Shown one piece after another: positions 9,922 through 19,144 of a stretch of 64,000 bases of DNA; the first letter of the stretch is position 1; each line of letters begins with the position of its first letter. Position numbers and translations under genes: made by a program. The notes below the pieces were generated by a model. It was not told where the DNA came from. It ran no database searches and worked only from the letters and a program-made list of their open reading frames with translations. This DNA is from an uncultured Desulfobacterales bacterium (GTDB lineage: Bacteria; Desulfobacterota; DSM-4660; Desulfatiglandales; JALVZP01): contig CAZEOQ010000003.1 in the NCBI GenBank assembly GCA_964513995.1, positions 20,009 through 84,008 of the forward strand, written 5' to 3'.

Positions 9922-11510
9922 ATTCTGTATTAGTTGTCGTTTTTTCATCTCTTGTATTCCTGTTCGGTATTTCAGTATATGCAAATAAGTTAGAAAAACT
10001 TTTTGAACTAAGAAGTTCTGAAAAGACCCCTGCTTATACGAGATATGATGGAATAGATTATGTTCCTGCAAAAAACTGGTTAATACTTTTTGGTCATCAC
10101 TTTTCAAGTATAGCTGGAGCAGCTCCTATAGTAGGTCCAATAATTGCTGTAAGCATATGGGGATGGTTTCCTGTAGCTGTTTGGATTGTTTTGGGAAGTG
10201 TATTCATAGGAGGACTTCATGATTTTTCTGCACTTTGTATATCAGTAAAGAAAGACGGAGAAACAATAGGGCAGATAGCCAAGGATGTTATATCTTACAA
10301 GGCAAGATCTGTATTTTCTTTTTTTATCCTTCTTACTCTTCTTCTTGTCATCTCTGTATTTGTTTATCTGTGTGCAAAGACATTTGTTACTGACCCACAT
10401 ATAGTCATTCCTTCTTTAGGACTTATACCTGTTGCTTTGATCTGTGGGATCTTTATATATAAACTGAAGAAAAATCAGTTCAAGGTTACTATTTTTGGTC
10501 TCCTTCTCCTTTTTCTTCTTATCTTAGCAGGAAGAATTGTTTCTGTATGTGAAAGGCTTGAAGTCTGGATTATCCTTCTTCTTGTTTATGCATTCTTTGC
10601 ATCAACTGCTCCTGTTCATCTTTTACTTCAACCCAGGGATTACCTAAGTGCTTATCTTCTTTTCTTTGGTATAGCAACAGGATACACAGGAATTTTCCTC
10701 TCTCATCCTGAAATCCACATCCCATCTTTTATCAAAACTGAATATCCTCTTTGGCCTTTTCTTTTTGTTACAGTTGCATGTGGTGCAGTTTCAGGATTTC
10801 ATTCACTTATTGCTACTGGAACGACATCAAAACAGCTTGCAAATCAAATGGATGCAAAGAAGATAGGATATGGAGCTATGATACTTGAAGGAGCTTTAGC
10901 CTTACTTTCTCTTTTATGCATAGCTTCAGGAATTAAAGATTACAGAATGCTTAAGGAAGTTATATCAAAAGGAGGACCTATTCTTGTATTTAGTAAAGGA
11001 TTTGGAGCTGTTACATCTCCTATCTTAAGAGGATTTGGAGAAACCATAGCAGTAGTAATTCTTAATACCTTTATTCTCACTACCTTAGATACTGCTACAA
11101 GAATATCCAGACATGTCTTTTCAGAACTGACAGGAATAAAGAACAGATTTATCACTACGGCTTTTATCTTAGGACTTGCAGGAATCTTAAGTTTCAGTGG
11201 AAAATGGAGGCTTATATGGCCTGCTTTTGGTGCTTCTAATCAGCTTTTAGCTGTTTTTACTTTTTTTGTCGTAACGGGCTGGCTTTTTTCAAAAAAGAAA
11301 AAAATTAAACTCATCTTATCTTTAACTACATTTGTCTTTTTGACAACATTTTCTTCTCTTTTTCTTCAGATACTTACCTACATAAAAAAAACTCAATACA
11401 TACTTTTTTCAATATCAGCTATCCTTCTAATCCTAAGTCTATTTCTTCTTGTTGAATCTCTCAGAAAAATCATAAAAAAATGGGTGCTACAGAAAGGAGC
11501 TGATCTGTAG
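9918..11510 (+). CDS. cstA: carbon starvation protein CstA-family transporter
   Basis: CstA N-terminal signature DYVPAKNWLILFGHHFSSIAGAAPIVGPI, many TM segments, and an ATGA overlap with the upstream gene. Confidence 0.85.
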   Translation: MNSVLVVVFSSLVFLFGISVYANKLEKLFELRSSEKTPAYTRYDGIDYVPAKNWLILFGHHFSSIAGAAPIVGPIIAVSIWGWFPVAVWIVLGSVFIGGLHDFSALCISVKKDGETIGQIAKDVISYKARSVFSFFILLTLLLVISVFVYLCAKTFVTDPHIVIPSLGLIPVALICGIFIYKLKKNQFKVTIFGLLLLFLLILAGRIVSVCERLEVWIILLLVYAFFASTAPVHLLLQPRDYLSAYLLFFGIATGYTGIFLSHPEIHIPSFIKTEYPLWPFLFVTVACGAVSGFHSLIATGTTSKQLANQMDAKKIGYGAMILEGALALLSLLCIASGIKDYRMLKEVISKGGPILVFSKGFGAVTSPILRGFGETIAVVILNTFILTTLDTATRISRHVFSELTGIKNRFITTAFILGLAGILSFSGKWRLIWPAFGASNQLLAVFTFFVVTGWLFSKKKKIKLILSLTTFVFLTTFSSLFLQILTYIKKTQYILFSISAILLILSLFLLVESLRKIIKKWVLQKGADL

Positions 11511-11524
11511 CACCCATTTTTTTT
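11480..11524. terminator. bidirectional intrinsic terminator between convergent cstA and hsp20
   Basis: 13-bp perfect inverted repeat ATGGGTGCTACAG (11480-11492) / CTGTAGCACCCAT (11505-11517) with a 12-nt loop. An A-run lies upstream and a T8 run downstream. It overlaps the last cstA codons. Confidence 0.65.
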
Positions 11525-11526
11525 CT

Positions 11527-11973
11527 TTAGCACTTCCTTATCTCAATCCTTCTTATGTTTCCAGGATGTGCTTTTGGAATTACGAGCTTTAATACTCCAT
11601 TTTTGTATGTTGCCTCTATTTCATCTTCCTTTATGTCTTCAGGAAGTCTGAAACTTCTCTGGAATGAACCATATCTCCTTTCTAAGAAGTAATATCCTTC
11701 ACCCCTTTCTTCCTCTTCTCTTCTTTTTTCTCCTCTTATAGTAAGTATCCCACCAGATATTGTTATATCTATATCCTCTGGATCAACTCCTGGAAGCTCT
11801 GCTGTTACAACATATTCCTTTTCATTTTCTATTATGTCAAATGCAGGCTCCCAGACATTCCTCTCTTCAAGGAGGCTTGGCATTGTCAGATCTTCAAACA
11901 AGCTCTCAAATCTGTCAAAGAAGCTTTCAAGAAGTCCGCTTCTGTAAGGAACAACCTCCACTATCCTTCCCAT
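11527..11973 (-). CDS. small heat-shock protein, Hsp20/alpha-crystallin family
   Basis: Alpha-crystallin domain (EYVVTAELPGVDPEDIDITI...GVLKLVIPK) and an AAGGAGGTGA SD. Confidence 0.9.
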   Translation of the reverse strand: MGRIVEVVPYRSGLLESFFDRFESLFEDLTMPSLLEERNVWEPAFDIIENEKEYVVTAELPGVDPEDIDITISGGILTIRGEKRREEEERGEGYYFLERRYGSFQRSFRLPEDIKEDEIEATYKNGVLKLVIPKAHPGNIRRIEIRKC

Positions 11974-12010
11974 AATGCCTCACCTCCTTTCTGAGAGGTT
12001 TTCCAATAGA

Positions 12011-12038
12011 AAAGTAATCACTTCTTTTATACTGTCAA
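12011..12038 (-). promoter_or_regulatory. putative promoter of hsp20
   Basis: On the minus strand: TTGACA (12038-12033), 16 nt spacer, TACTTT (12016-12011). It overlaps the pabC stop codon. Confidence 0.35.
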
Positions 12039-12892
12039 GACAATGACCTTGCATACTCCCAAAGCCAATTTCTTGATTTTTCTGCAAAAACCAGATCTTT
12101 CTTAAATACCCTTTCCTCTATTCTTCTGACAGGCATAACTCCTATGAGTGAGTTCAAGACGAATATCTGTTCTGATTCTTTTAACTCTTCAACTGTCACA
12201 TTTTTTTCTTTTATTTTTATCCCTCTTTCACTCCAGACCCTTCTCAACATCTTTAATGTTATACTTGGCAATATGTCATCTCCATAAGGTGTGAACCAAA
12301 GACCATCTTTTCTAAAAATAATAGCTCCAGTTGATGTTTCCTTTACATATCCATCATATCCTATAAGAATAGAATCATCTGCTCCGAGATTTACAGCATA
12401 ATCTTTTGCCCACATGTTATACAGATAGTTCAGGCTTTTATAAAAAGCCAAAGGCGTAGATCTTTTAAGTTTAAAAGGAACAAGATAAAATCCTTCATTA
12501 TACTTTTCTTCTGGGATGTGATATCTTTTAGCAAATATTATCCATGTAGGAGTTTCTCCATAAGGAAGACCTTTTTCCTCTTTTAAACTACCCCTTGTAA
12601 TCATTACTTTTACTGCAGCAACACTATCTTCAAGCCCATTAAGAGATATAAGCTTTCTGAATATCTCTTTTTCATTAAGCCTTTCAGGAAACCTTATCTT
12701 AAAACAATCACAACAATACTTAAGTCTTTCTAAGTGTTCTTCAAAGAAAAATATCTTTCCTTTTTCTGATCTCATTGTAGTAAAGAATCCATCTCCATAT
12801 ATAAGCCCTCTATCATAAACAGAAATCTTTGCCTTTTCAGCCTCAAGAAGTTCTCCATTTATACACACATACCTTTTCATCTCTTCCTGCAT
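12035..12892 (-). CDS. pabC: aminodeoxychorismate lyase (class IV aminotransferase fold)
   Basis: Fold-type IV motif DRGLIYGDGFFTT and a position directly downstream of pabA-pabB. ATG 12892 is chosen over the ORF-track TTG 12895. ATG 12880 is also possible. Confidence 0.7.
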   Translation of the reverse strand: MQEEMKRYVCINGELLEAEKAKISVYDRGLIYGDGFFTTMRSEKGKIFFFEEHLERLKYCCDCFKIRFPERLNEKEIFRKLISLNGLEDSVAAVKVMITRGSLKEEKGLPYGETPTWIIFAKRYHIPEEKYNEGFYLVPFKLKRSTPLAFYKSLNYLYNMWAKDYAVNLGADDSILIGYDGYVKETSTGAIIFRKDGLWFTPYGDDILPSITLKMLRRVWSERGIKIKEKNVTVEELKESEQIFVLNSLIGVMPVRRIEERVFKKDLVFAEKSRNWLWEYARSLS

Positions 12893-14234
12893 CAAAAAAT
12901 ACTTCTGCTTTATTTAAAGTCTCTTTATATTCCTGTTCAGGATCAGAATCATACACAATTCCTCCTCCTGCTCCATAGTAACAGAAATTTCCCTTTATAA
13001 TAAGTGTCCTTATGGCTATGCTTAGATCTAACTTATGACCAATTCCTACATATCCTATAGATCCCGTGTATAAATGTCTTACATTTGGTTCAAGCTCATC
13101 TATTATTTCCATCGCTCTTATCTTTGGACATCCTGTAATTGAACCTCCTGGAAATGTTGCTTTTATTATATCTGAAAATCCTTTTTTTATAAGCTCTCCT
13201 TCTATGATGGATACAAGATGATGGACATACGAATATGTCTCTATTCTTTTGTGTTCTTTTACTGTTACTGTTCCTGGTTTACATATCTTTCCCAAATCAT
13301 TTCTTAAAAGATCAACTATCATTGAAAGTTCTGCATCATCTTTTGGATCCTTCAAAAGATCTAACTTATATTTTTTATCCTCCTTTTCTGTTCTTCCTCT
13401 TGGTCTTGTCCCTTTTATTGGTCTTGTTTCTATTTTTTCTCCATTACTATAAAGGAATCTTTCCATAGAAGTAGAGACTATATAATGATCACCTGCATTT
13501 ATATATGCATAAAAAGGAGCAGGTTTTGAAATAAAAAGTTTATAAAAAAGAGATAAAGGATCACCGTGAAATTCTGCAAAAAATCTTTGGGACAGGTTCA
13601 CCTGATACACATCTCCTTTCCTTATGTATCTTATTATCCTCCTTATAGCAGAAATATAGGAAGATTTCGTAAAATTACTTCCAATCTTCCCAAATTCATA
13701 GGAATTTAGTGAAAAGCTGTTGTTAAGCAGTTCTATCTTTGGACTATAAGTTTTTTCAAAATCCCAGAAAAAGAAAGCCGTATTCTTTTTTGTCTTGTCA
13801 AATACTGCTACCTTTGAAGGAAATATCCAGAAAAAGTCAGGCAGTTTTAAATCGTCTTTAGCAGTTTGTGGAAGTATTGGTTCTATTATGTTTTTATATT
13901 CATATGCAACATATCCTAAGAATCCTCCAGTAAAAGGAATTTCTTCGCAAGGATGTCCTATTTTGTCAATCAAGTAGTCTATATATTTGATGAGCTGAAA
14001 GGAGCTGAATTTTCTCATTCCTTCATTCTTTGACCAAAGGATTCCAGACTTACCTTTTGCTTTGAGTATAATAATAGGATCCCAACCAGCTATACAGTAT
14101 CTAGAACAGTCAGATTCTCCTCCACTTAAAAGCATAACGGCTATATCTTTCATGTAAGGAGAAAAGAGGAAAAAAAATTCTTCAGGACTTCTGCAATAAA
14201 AAACTTCAGCTGAATAGATAAGTCTTGGAATCAT
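12843..14234 (-). CDS. pabB: aminodeoxychorismate synthase component I (chorismate-binding enzyme)
   Basis: Chorismate-binding core PGGSITGCPKIRAMEIIDELE...LYTGSIGY and an ATGA overlap with pabA. The PabB versus TrpE call rests on the pabC context. Confidence 0.8.
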   Translation of the reverse strand: MIPRLIYSAEVFYCRSPEEFFFLFSPYMKDIAVMLLSGGESDCSRYCIAGWDPIIILKAKGKSGILWSKNEGMRKFSSFQLIKYIDYLIDKIGHPCEEIPFTGGFLGYVAYEYKNIIEPILPQTAKDDLKLPDFFWIFPSKVAVFDKTKKNTAFFFWDFEKTYSPKIELLNNSFSLNSYEFGKIGSNFTKSSYISAIRRIIRYIRKGDVYQVNLSQRFFAEFHGDPLSLFYKLFISKPAPFYAYINAGDHYIVSTSMERFLYSNGEKIETRPIKGTRPRGRTEKEDKKYKLDLLKDPKDDAELSMIVDLLRNDLGKICKPGTVTVKEHKRIETYSYVHHLVSIIEGELIKKGFSDIIKATFPGGSITGCPKIRAMEIIDELEPNVRHLYTGSIGYVGIGHKLDLSIAIRTLIIKGNFCYYGAGGGIVYDSDPEQEYKETLNKAEVFFDAGRDEKVCVYKWRTS

Positions 14235-14794
14235 CTCAGAGAAAGGAAATTACTTATTATTTCTCTTCCAAATTCTGTCATAAATGATTCTGGATGAAAC
14301 TGAACTCCACAGACAGGATATTCTGTATGAGAAATTCCCATAACTACTCCATCACTACTTCTGGCAAGAATTTCCAAAGGCTTTCCTACAGGATAACATT
14401 GAAGAGAATGATATCTTGCTGCTAAGAAAGGAGAAGGTATCCCTTTAAATATGGACTTTCCGTTATGATAAACCAGATCTTTCTTTCCGTGCATGGGAAG
14501 AGGAGCAAGAGTCGTTTTTCCTCCAAATACCTCATTTATTACTTGCATTCCCAGGCATACTCCAAGGATTGGGACTTTTTTATAGAATATCCTTACGACT
14601 TCAGGACTTATTCCAGAATCCTTAGGAGTCTTTGGTCCAGGAGATATACAGATCCAGTCAAATTTCATTCTTGAAATCTCTTCTACAGTTACCTCATCGT
14701 TTCTGTATACGAAAACCTCTATGTTAAATGTAGAAAAAAGCTGAAATAGATTGTATGTGAAAGAGTCGTAATTATCTATAAGTAAAAGACGCAT
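14231..14794 (-). CDS. pabA: aminodeoxychorismate/anthranilate synthase glutamine amidotransferase component II
   Basis: LLIDNYDSFTYNL, catalytic GVCLGMQ, and HPES. ATG 14794 is chosen over the ORF-track GTG 14800. Confidence 0.85.
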   Translation of the reverse strand: MRLLLIDNYDSFTYNLFQLFSTFNIEVFVYRNDEVTVEEISRMKFDWICISPGPKTPKDSGISPEVVRIFYKKVPILGVCLGMQVINEVFGGKTTLAPLPMHGKKDLVYHNGKSIFKGIPSPFLAARYHSLQCYPVGKPLEILARSSDGVVMGISHTEYPVCGVQFHPESFMTEFGREIISNFLSLR

Positions 14795-14811
14795 TTTCAC
14801 ATAAAAATAAA

Positions 14812-14844
14812 GGGGTTAGCTTTTGCTACTAACCCCTTTTTTTT
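14812..14844. terminator. hairpin terminator/attenuator between tRNA-fMet and pabA
   Basis: GGGGTTAG (14812-14819) pairs with CTAACCCC (14829-14836) across a 9-nt loop. A T8 run follows on the + strand, and TTTATTTTT follows on the - strand side. Confidence 0.5.
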
Positions 14845-14846
14845 CA

Positions 14847-14920
<74 letters not shown>

Positions 14921-14932
14921 TCAGCTATTAAA

Positions 14933-14961
14933 AAGATAAAACAAAAAGCCGATTTTGTCAA
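14933..14961 (-). promoter_or_regulatory. promoter of tRNA-fMet (and probably pabABC)
   Basis: On the minus strand: TTGACA (14961-14956), 17 nt spacer, TATCTT (14938-14933). The -10 lies 12 nt upstream of the mature tRNA 5' end. Confidence 0.5.
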
Positions 14962-14966
14962 TATAT

Positions 14967-14995
14967 TTGACAGAAAAGCTTATGGAGCATATATT
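14967..14995 (+). promoter_or_regulatory. promoter of the 15020 gene
   Basis: TTGACA (14967-14972), 17 nt spacer, TATATT (14990-14995). Its -35 forms a palindrome (TGTCAA-tatat-TTGACA) with the divergent tRNA promoter. Confidence 0.55.
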
Positions 14996-15019
14996 TAAAA
15001 AACAGGGAGGGATAAAGAT

Positions 15020-15373
15020 ATGCGAAAAGTTGGTGATCTTGTTCTTATCTATTATATGGGAAAGCCTTCTGTTTATGCAAGAATAGAATCCATAGAACCT
15101 GATGTAAAAGAAGGATGGTATCAAGTAAAACTTTTGCTTTTAAGTATCCCAGCACAAATAGTTACCTGGATACTGAGAGAAGAATACATTGATGGAAGTA
15201 TATTCACTATGGGTGGAGTTCCTATGAGACTTGGAGATGTTGAAATAGGACCTCCTGCAAAGCTTTTGGGAGAGATGAATCAGAAAAAAGAAGAGGATAA
15301 AAAGGAAGAAAAAGAGTCAAAGAAGAAAAAGGCAAAGGTTATAGAACTAAAACTTCCTGAAAGAAAAAGATAA
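15020..15373 (+). CDS. hypothetical protein (117 aa) with K/E-rich C-terminal tail
   Basis: GGGAGGG SD and a good promoter upstream. No recognisable family. Confidence 0.5.
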   Translation: MRKVGDLVLIYYMGKPSVYARIESIEPDVKEGWYQVKLLLLSIPAQIVTWILREEYIDGSIFTMGGVPMRLGDVEIGPPAKLLGEMNQKKEEDKKEEKESKKKKAKVIELKLPERKR

Positions 15374-15381
15374 CATAAGGT

Positions 15382-17781
15382 TTAACGAAGAAGGGAATAA
15401 AGGGTTTGAGAAAACTCAAAAAGTCTTTCTTCAGGAATGTTTCCCTTTATATACTTCAGAGCATTTTTGAATGTCAGATGTGAAATTGATTCTATATGTT
15501 TTATTGCCTTTAATTCATAAAGACTTTCTCCTTCACTTCTTGCTCTTTTTAAAATCTCCTCTTCTTTTACCTTTCTCCCTTTATTTTTATTCAAAACCTT
15601 TGCCACAGTCCAATACGACTCTATATAGCTCCTTATAAGATTTCCCCATAAGGAAAGAAATTCTAAACCATGTCTTGTAATTTTAAAACCATCCTTTTCC
15701 TTTAAAATAAACCTTTCTTTTAAAAAGTATCCAATTGCCTTATCAAGGCTTTCATCAAAATCTTCGTCATATATGAACTCATAGCTGAATATGGATTTCA
15801 GAAAAGAAGCTACTTCTTTTATCTTTTCTTCTTTTATCTCCTCTCTTCCTGAAAGGAGAGCTATTGCTACAAAGCTATAAGGTAAAAAATACTGAAGGAT
15901 GCAGTTCTTATAATAGCTAAGCTCAAAGGCTTTCTTCTCATTAAGTTCAAAAAATCCATCTTTTTCATCAGAAGAAAAAACTATCCTTTCCTTTATAAAA
16001 AATTCCAGAGTATCTTCTACTGTCTTTTTCAAGTCTTTCTTTATCTGATCAGCTAAAGGAACATTATTTTCTTTCAAAAAATCTAATATAACCTTACAGC
16101 TTTCCATGAGTTCATCTAAATGAAATCCATCTCTATGTTTTGACAAGATCGGAATTGCCAAAAAAGAACTTGGACTTACTGCTGTTATCCTGTTTATGGA
16201 TCTTGATAAAACAAATGCAAATTCTTCTACTGAAGTAAAATGTTCTTTTAAAGAAATAGGCTTTCCAAATCTTATGTAAATCTTACCAAAATTTCTTTTT
16301 AAGATTCTCCTTGCTTTTATAACCTGAAAAAGACTTTCTGGCTCCTTTTGTTTCCCTTCTATCTCCTTAAGATAGGTCTTTTCCTCTACTATTTTGTCAT
16401 ATACAATAGAACAGGGAATAAAGATTATGTCCTTGCAGAAACCTTCCTTCCAAGCATTTATAAGAATAGAAAGAAAACCTGTTTTTGGAAGCTCAAGTTT
16501 ACCCGTTCTGCTTCTTCCTCCTTCTATAAAAAACTCTATAGGATATCCTTCCTGAAGGAGAAATTTTACATATCTGTCAAGAACTAATGTATAAATCCTA
16601 ACTCCTTTGAATTTAAATGATCTCCTTATAAAGAATGCTCCACATTTCCGGAATATATATCCTACTGGCCAGAATGCAAGATTTCTGCCAGCTGCTATCT
16701 TTGGAGGATATATGTAATTTTTAAAAAGAAAGTAATTTAAGACAAGGTAATCAATATGGCTTTTGTGAGAAGGAACATATACTGTAGGAAGACCTTTTTT
16801 TATCCATCTTCTTATCTCATTTATCTCACTTTCTAATATGTCTATTCCTTGAAAGCTTTTTTTCCATATGAGCCTTAAAAATGCATGAAATGCAGTAGCA
16901 TATGTAATACTGAAGTCAGAAGCTATTTCATCAAAGTATCTTTCAGCTTCCTTCTTTAACTCTTTTTCTTTTTTACTGTCCCCTTTTGCCATTTCTTTTA
17001 TGACCTTCCTTAACCTTTCATCCGTAAGGATTATCTCTTTTATCTGTTGCTTTGACTTTTCTATAGGTCCAAGAACAGCTTTTTTTTGGTTATCCATAGC
17101 TGACATAAGTTCTTCTTTTAGCCTTATTGCAAGCTTTTCTGGATTCAAGCTCCTGTTTTCTTCCACATATTGCATAAGATTTACGGGTTCTCCTATGTCT
17201 ATAAATGCCTTTCTGTAATTTTTAAGAAACAGGGAAGCAAGTTTTGTAAAAATTCCAGGCTTATCTCTTGGTCCAAAGATTATTCTAAACAAGGATCCTT
17301 CTTTTCTTTCTGGTTTGATTCTGTATAGGATAAGGATCGGGACTATAAATATAGGAAAATTCAGATCTTTCTGGATCTGGATAAGATGAAAGATTGGTTG
17401 TCTTTCTTCATAAAATCTTTTTGGATCTATAAGTGAAATCAGTCCATGAATCTTTTTTGAAAGAGCATCTCTGTAGGAAGGAGTTTCCTTTCTTTTTAAG
17501 CAGTTTAAAAGCTTTCTTATGGGAAAATATAATCTAAAATCAAGATCAAAAGAGAGTCTTGGATAAGGAAGACGCTCCTTTCTTAAACAATAGTGATATA
17601 TGAGGAAGTCAAAATGGCTTGGATATTTTGTTGCATATATTATGACTCCTTTTTTCCCAATCTCTTTTAGTCTATCTGAAAGACTTCTGTCTATTTTTAT
17701 GTGCTTAGAAATCAGATGAAGGAAAAGGTGAATTAAGAAAGGTGGTTTTTCAGGAAATACATAGGTAAGAAGTTCTTCCAC
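15382..17781 (-). CDS. plsB: glycerol-3-phosphate acyltransferase, PlsB type
   Basis: 799 aa with the acyltransferase H(X)4D block VPSHKSHIDYLVL, FFIRRSF and IEFFIEGGRSRTGK. A GTG start follows an AAGGAGGG SD. Confidence 0.85.
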   Translation of the reverse strand: MEELLTYVFPEKPPFLIHLFLHLISKHIKIDRSLSDRLKEIGKKGVIIYATKYPSHFDFLIYHYCLRKERLPYPRLSFDLDFRLYFPIRKLLNCLKRKETPSYRDALSKKIHGLISLIDPKRFYEERQPIFHLIQIQKDLNFPIFIVPILILYRIKPERKEGSLFRIIFGPRDKPGIFTKLASLFLKNYRKAFIDIGEPVNLMQYVEENRSLNPEKLAIRLKEELMSAMDNQKKAVLGPIEKSKQQIKEIILTDERLRKVIKEMAKGDSKKEKELKKEAERYFDEIASDFSITYATAFHAFLRLIWKKSFQGIDILESEINEIRRWIKKGLPTVYVPSHKSHIDYLVLNYFLFKNYIYPPKIAAGRNLAFWPVGYIFRKCGAFFIRRSFKFKGVRIYTLVLDRYVKFLLQEGYPIEFFIEGGRSRTGKLELPKTGFLSILINAWKEGFCKDIIFIPCSIVYDKIVEEKTYLKEIEGKQKEPESLFQVIKARRILKRNFGKIYIRFGKPISLKEHFTSVEEFAFVLSRSINRITAVSPSSFLAIPILSKHRDGFHLDELMESCKVILDFLKENNVPLADQIKKDLKKTVEDTLEFFIKERIVFSSDEKDGFFELNEKKAFELSYYKNCILQYFLPYSFVAIALLSGREEIKEEKIKEVASFLKSIFSYEFIYDEDFDESLDKAIGYFLKERFILKEKDGFKITRHGLEFLSLWGNLIRSYIESYWTVAKVLNKNKGRKVKEEEILKRARSEGESLYELKAIKHIESISHLTFKNALKYIKGNIPEERLFEFSQTLYSLLR

Positions 17782-17872
17782 AATTCCCTCCTTAGATGTT
17801 ATAAATATTAAACACCAAAATACGAAAAAGCAATGATGAAGGTAAAATTTGTGAACTGCTTTATGTAACAGC

Positions 17873-17902
17873 TTGACATAAAGGGAATCTTTTTTGTAGG
17901 AA
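17873..17902 (+). promoter_or_regulatory. possible promoter of the CoA-transferase cluster
   Basis: TTGACA (17873-17878) followed after 18 nt by a weak -10 TAGGAA. It shares the ACAGCTTGAC context with the ihf promoter. An AAGGAGGGG SD precedes ATG 17935. Confidence 0.3.
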
Positions 17903-17934
17903 ATATGAAATGAAAACTTTAAAAGGAGGGGCAG

Positions 17935-19131
17935 ATGGCTGAAAAGGCATTAGAAGGAATAAAAGTCCTTGATCTTGCAAGAAATATTGCAGGATCATAT
18001 TGTGGAAAGCTTTTTGCAGACTTTGGTGCAGAGGTAATTAAGGTTGAGCCTCCTGAAGGAAATCCTTTAAGAAAGATGTGTCCTTTTAAGGGTGATGAAA
18101 AGGATCCTGAAAAAAGTGGAACATTCTTTTATCTGAATACAAATAAGAAGAGCATTACACTTGATATTACAAAAAAAGAAGGCGCTGATGTTCTTAAAAA
18201 ACTTGTAGAAAAAGCAGATGTCATTATAGAGGACTTTGAGCCTGGAAAGATGAAGGAGTTTGGGCTTTCGTATGAGGAACTGAAAAATGTAAATCCAAAA
18301 ATAATCATGACTTCTATAACCTGGTTTGGACAAGATGGACCATACAGGGACTATAAAGCAAATAACTTTGTCGCATATGGTCTTGGTGGTGCAATGTATG
18401 TCATGAGACCAACAAAGTGGCCAGACATAAGACCTGCCGTTCTTGGAGGATATCAGGCAGAATATACAGCAGGTCTTATTGCATACATAGCTACACTAAG
18501 TGCCATCATAAGTCCAAAAGTAGAAGGGACATGGATTGATCTTTCTGTTATGGAATCAGTAACGAGCACACTTACAGGAATTATGGCAGACTATTCATAT
18601 CTTGGACTTAGCAGAAGGACACTTCCTTGGGCAATACATGGATTTCCAACACAGGAAAACTATCCTTGCAAAGACGGTTATGTAAATCTTACACCAGGAA
18701 TTGGTGGAACACAGGTCATTGCTGATCTTATAGAAAAGCCAGAAGAAAGAGAAAATCCACTCCTTGTAAAAGCTGGAGCAAGGGTAAAAGAGCCAGAAAA
18801 GTTTGAACAGCTGATCCTTCCATGGCTAAAAGAGCATAAAAAATGGGAAATTACAGAAAAAGCACAAAAACTCAAGCTCGCATTTGCACCAATACTTAGT
18901 CCTGGAGAACTTCTTGAAGATCCACAGCTTAAAGAAAGGAAGTTCTTTGCAAAGGTAGATCATCCAAAGATGGGAGAGGTAACATATCCTGGAGCACCTG
19001 CAAAGCTCAGTGAAAGTCCATGGAAGGAAGGAAGGGCTCCTCTTCTTGGAGAACATACAAAGGAGGTCCTTTCTGAAGCAGGATATTCTGAGGATCAGAT
19101 AAATGATCTCAAAGAAAAAGGCATAATATAA
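17935..19131 (+). CDS. family III (CaiB/BaiF-type) CoA-transferase, subunit/paralogue A
   Basis: N-terminal family motif LEGIKVLDL...GKLFADFGAEVIKVEPP. By manual alignment, the position of the family nucleophile Asp carries Glu (GGYQAEYTAGL). Confidence 0.85.
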   Translation: MAEKALEGIKVLDLARNIAGSYCGKLFADFGAEVIKVEPPEGNPLRKMCPFKGDEKDPEKSGTFFYLNTNKKSITLDITKKEGADVLKKLVEKADVIIEDFEPGKMKEFGLSYEELKNVNPKIIMTSITWFGQDGPYRDYKANNFVAYGLGGAMYVMRPTKWPDIRPAVLGGYQAEYTAGLIAYIATLSAIISPKVEGTWIDLSVMESVTSTLTGIMADYSYLGLSRRTLPWAIHGFPTQENYPCKDGYVNLTPGIGGTQVIADLIEKPEERENPLLVKAGARVKEPEKFEQLILPWLKEHKKWEITEKAQKLKLAFAPILSPGELLEDPQLKERKFFAKVDHPKMGEVTYPGAPAKLSESPWKEGRAPLLGEHTKEVLSEAGYSEDQINDLKEKGII

Positions 19132-19144
19132 AGGAGGGAAAAAG

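Noticed and set aside
12843-12895. The 38-53 nt pabB/pabC overlap as a possible frameshift-fused PabBC.
   Set aside because: Both reading frames are intact with their own stop and start, and overlaps of this size are common throughout the window. No slippery sequence was noticed.
15285-15345. Purine-only low-complexity stretch (aaaaaagaagaggataaaaaggaagaaaaagag...).
   Set aside because: It is in frame and encodes the K/E-rich tail of the 117-aa ORF. It is not a tandem repeat or a regulatory element.
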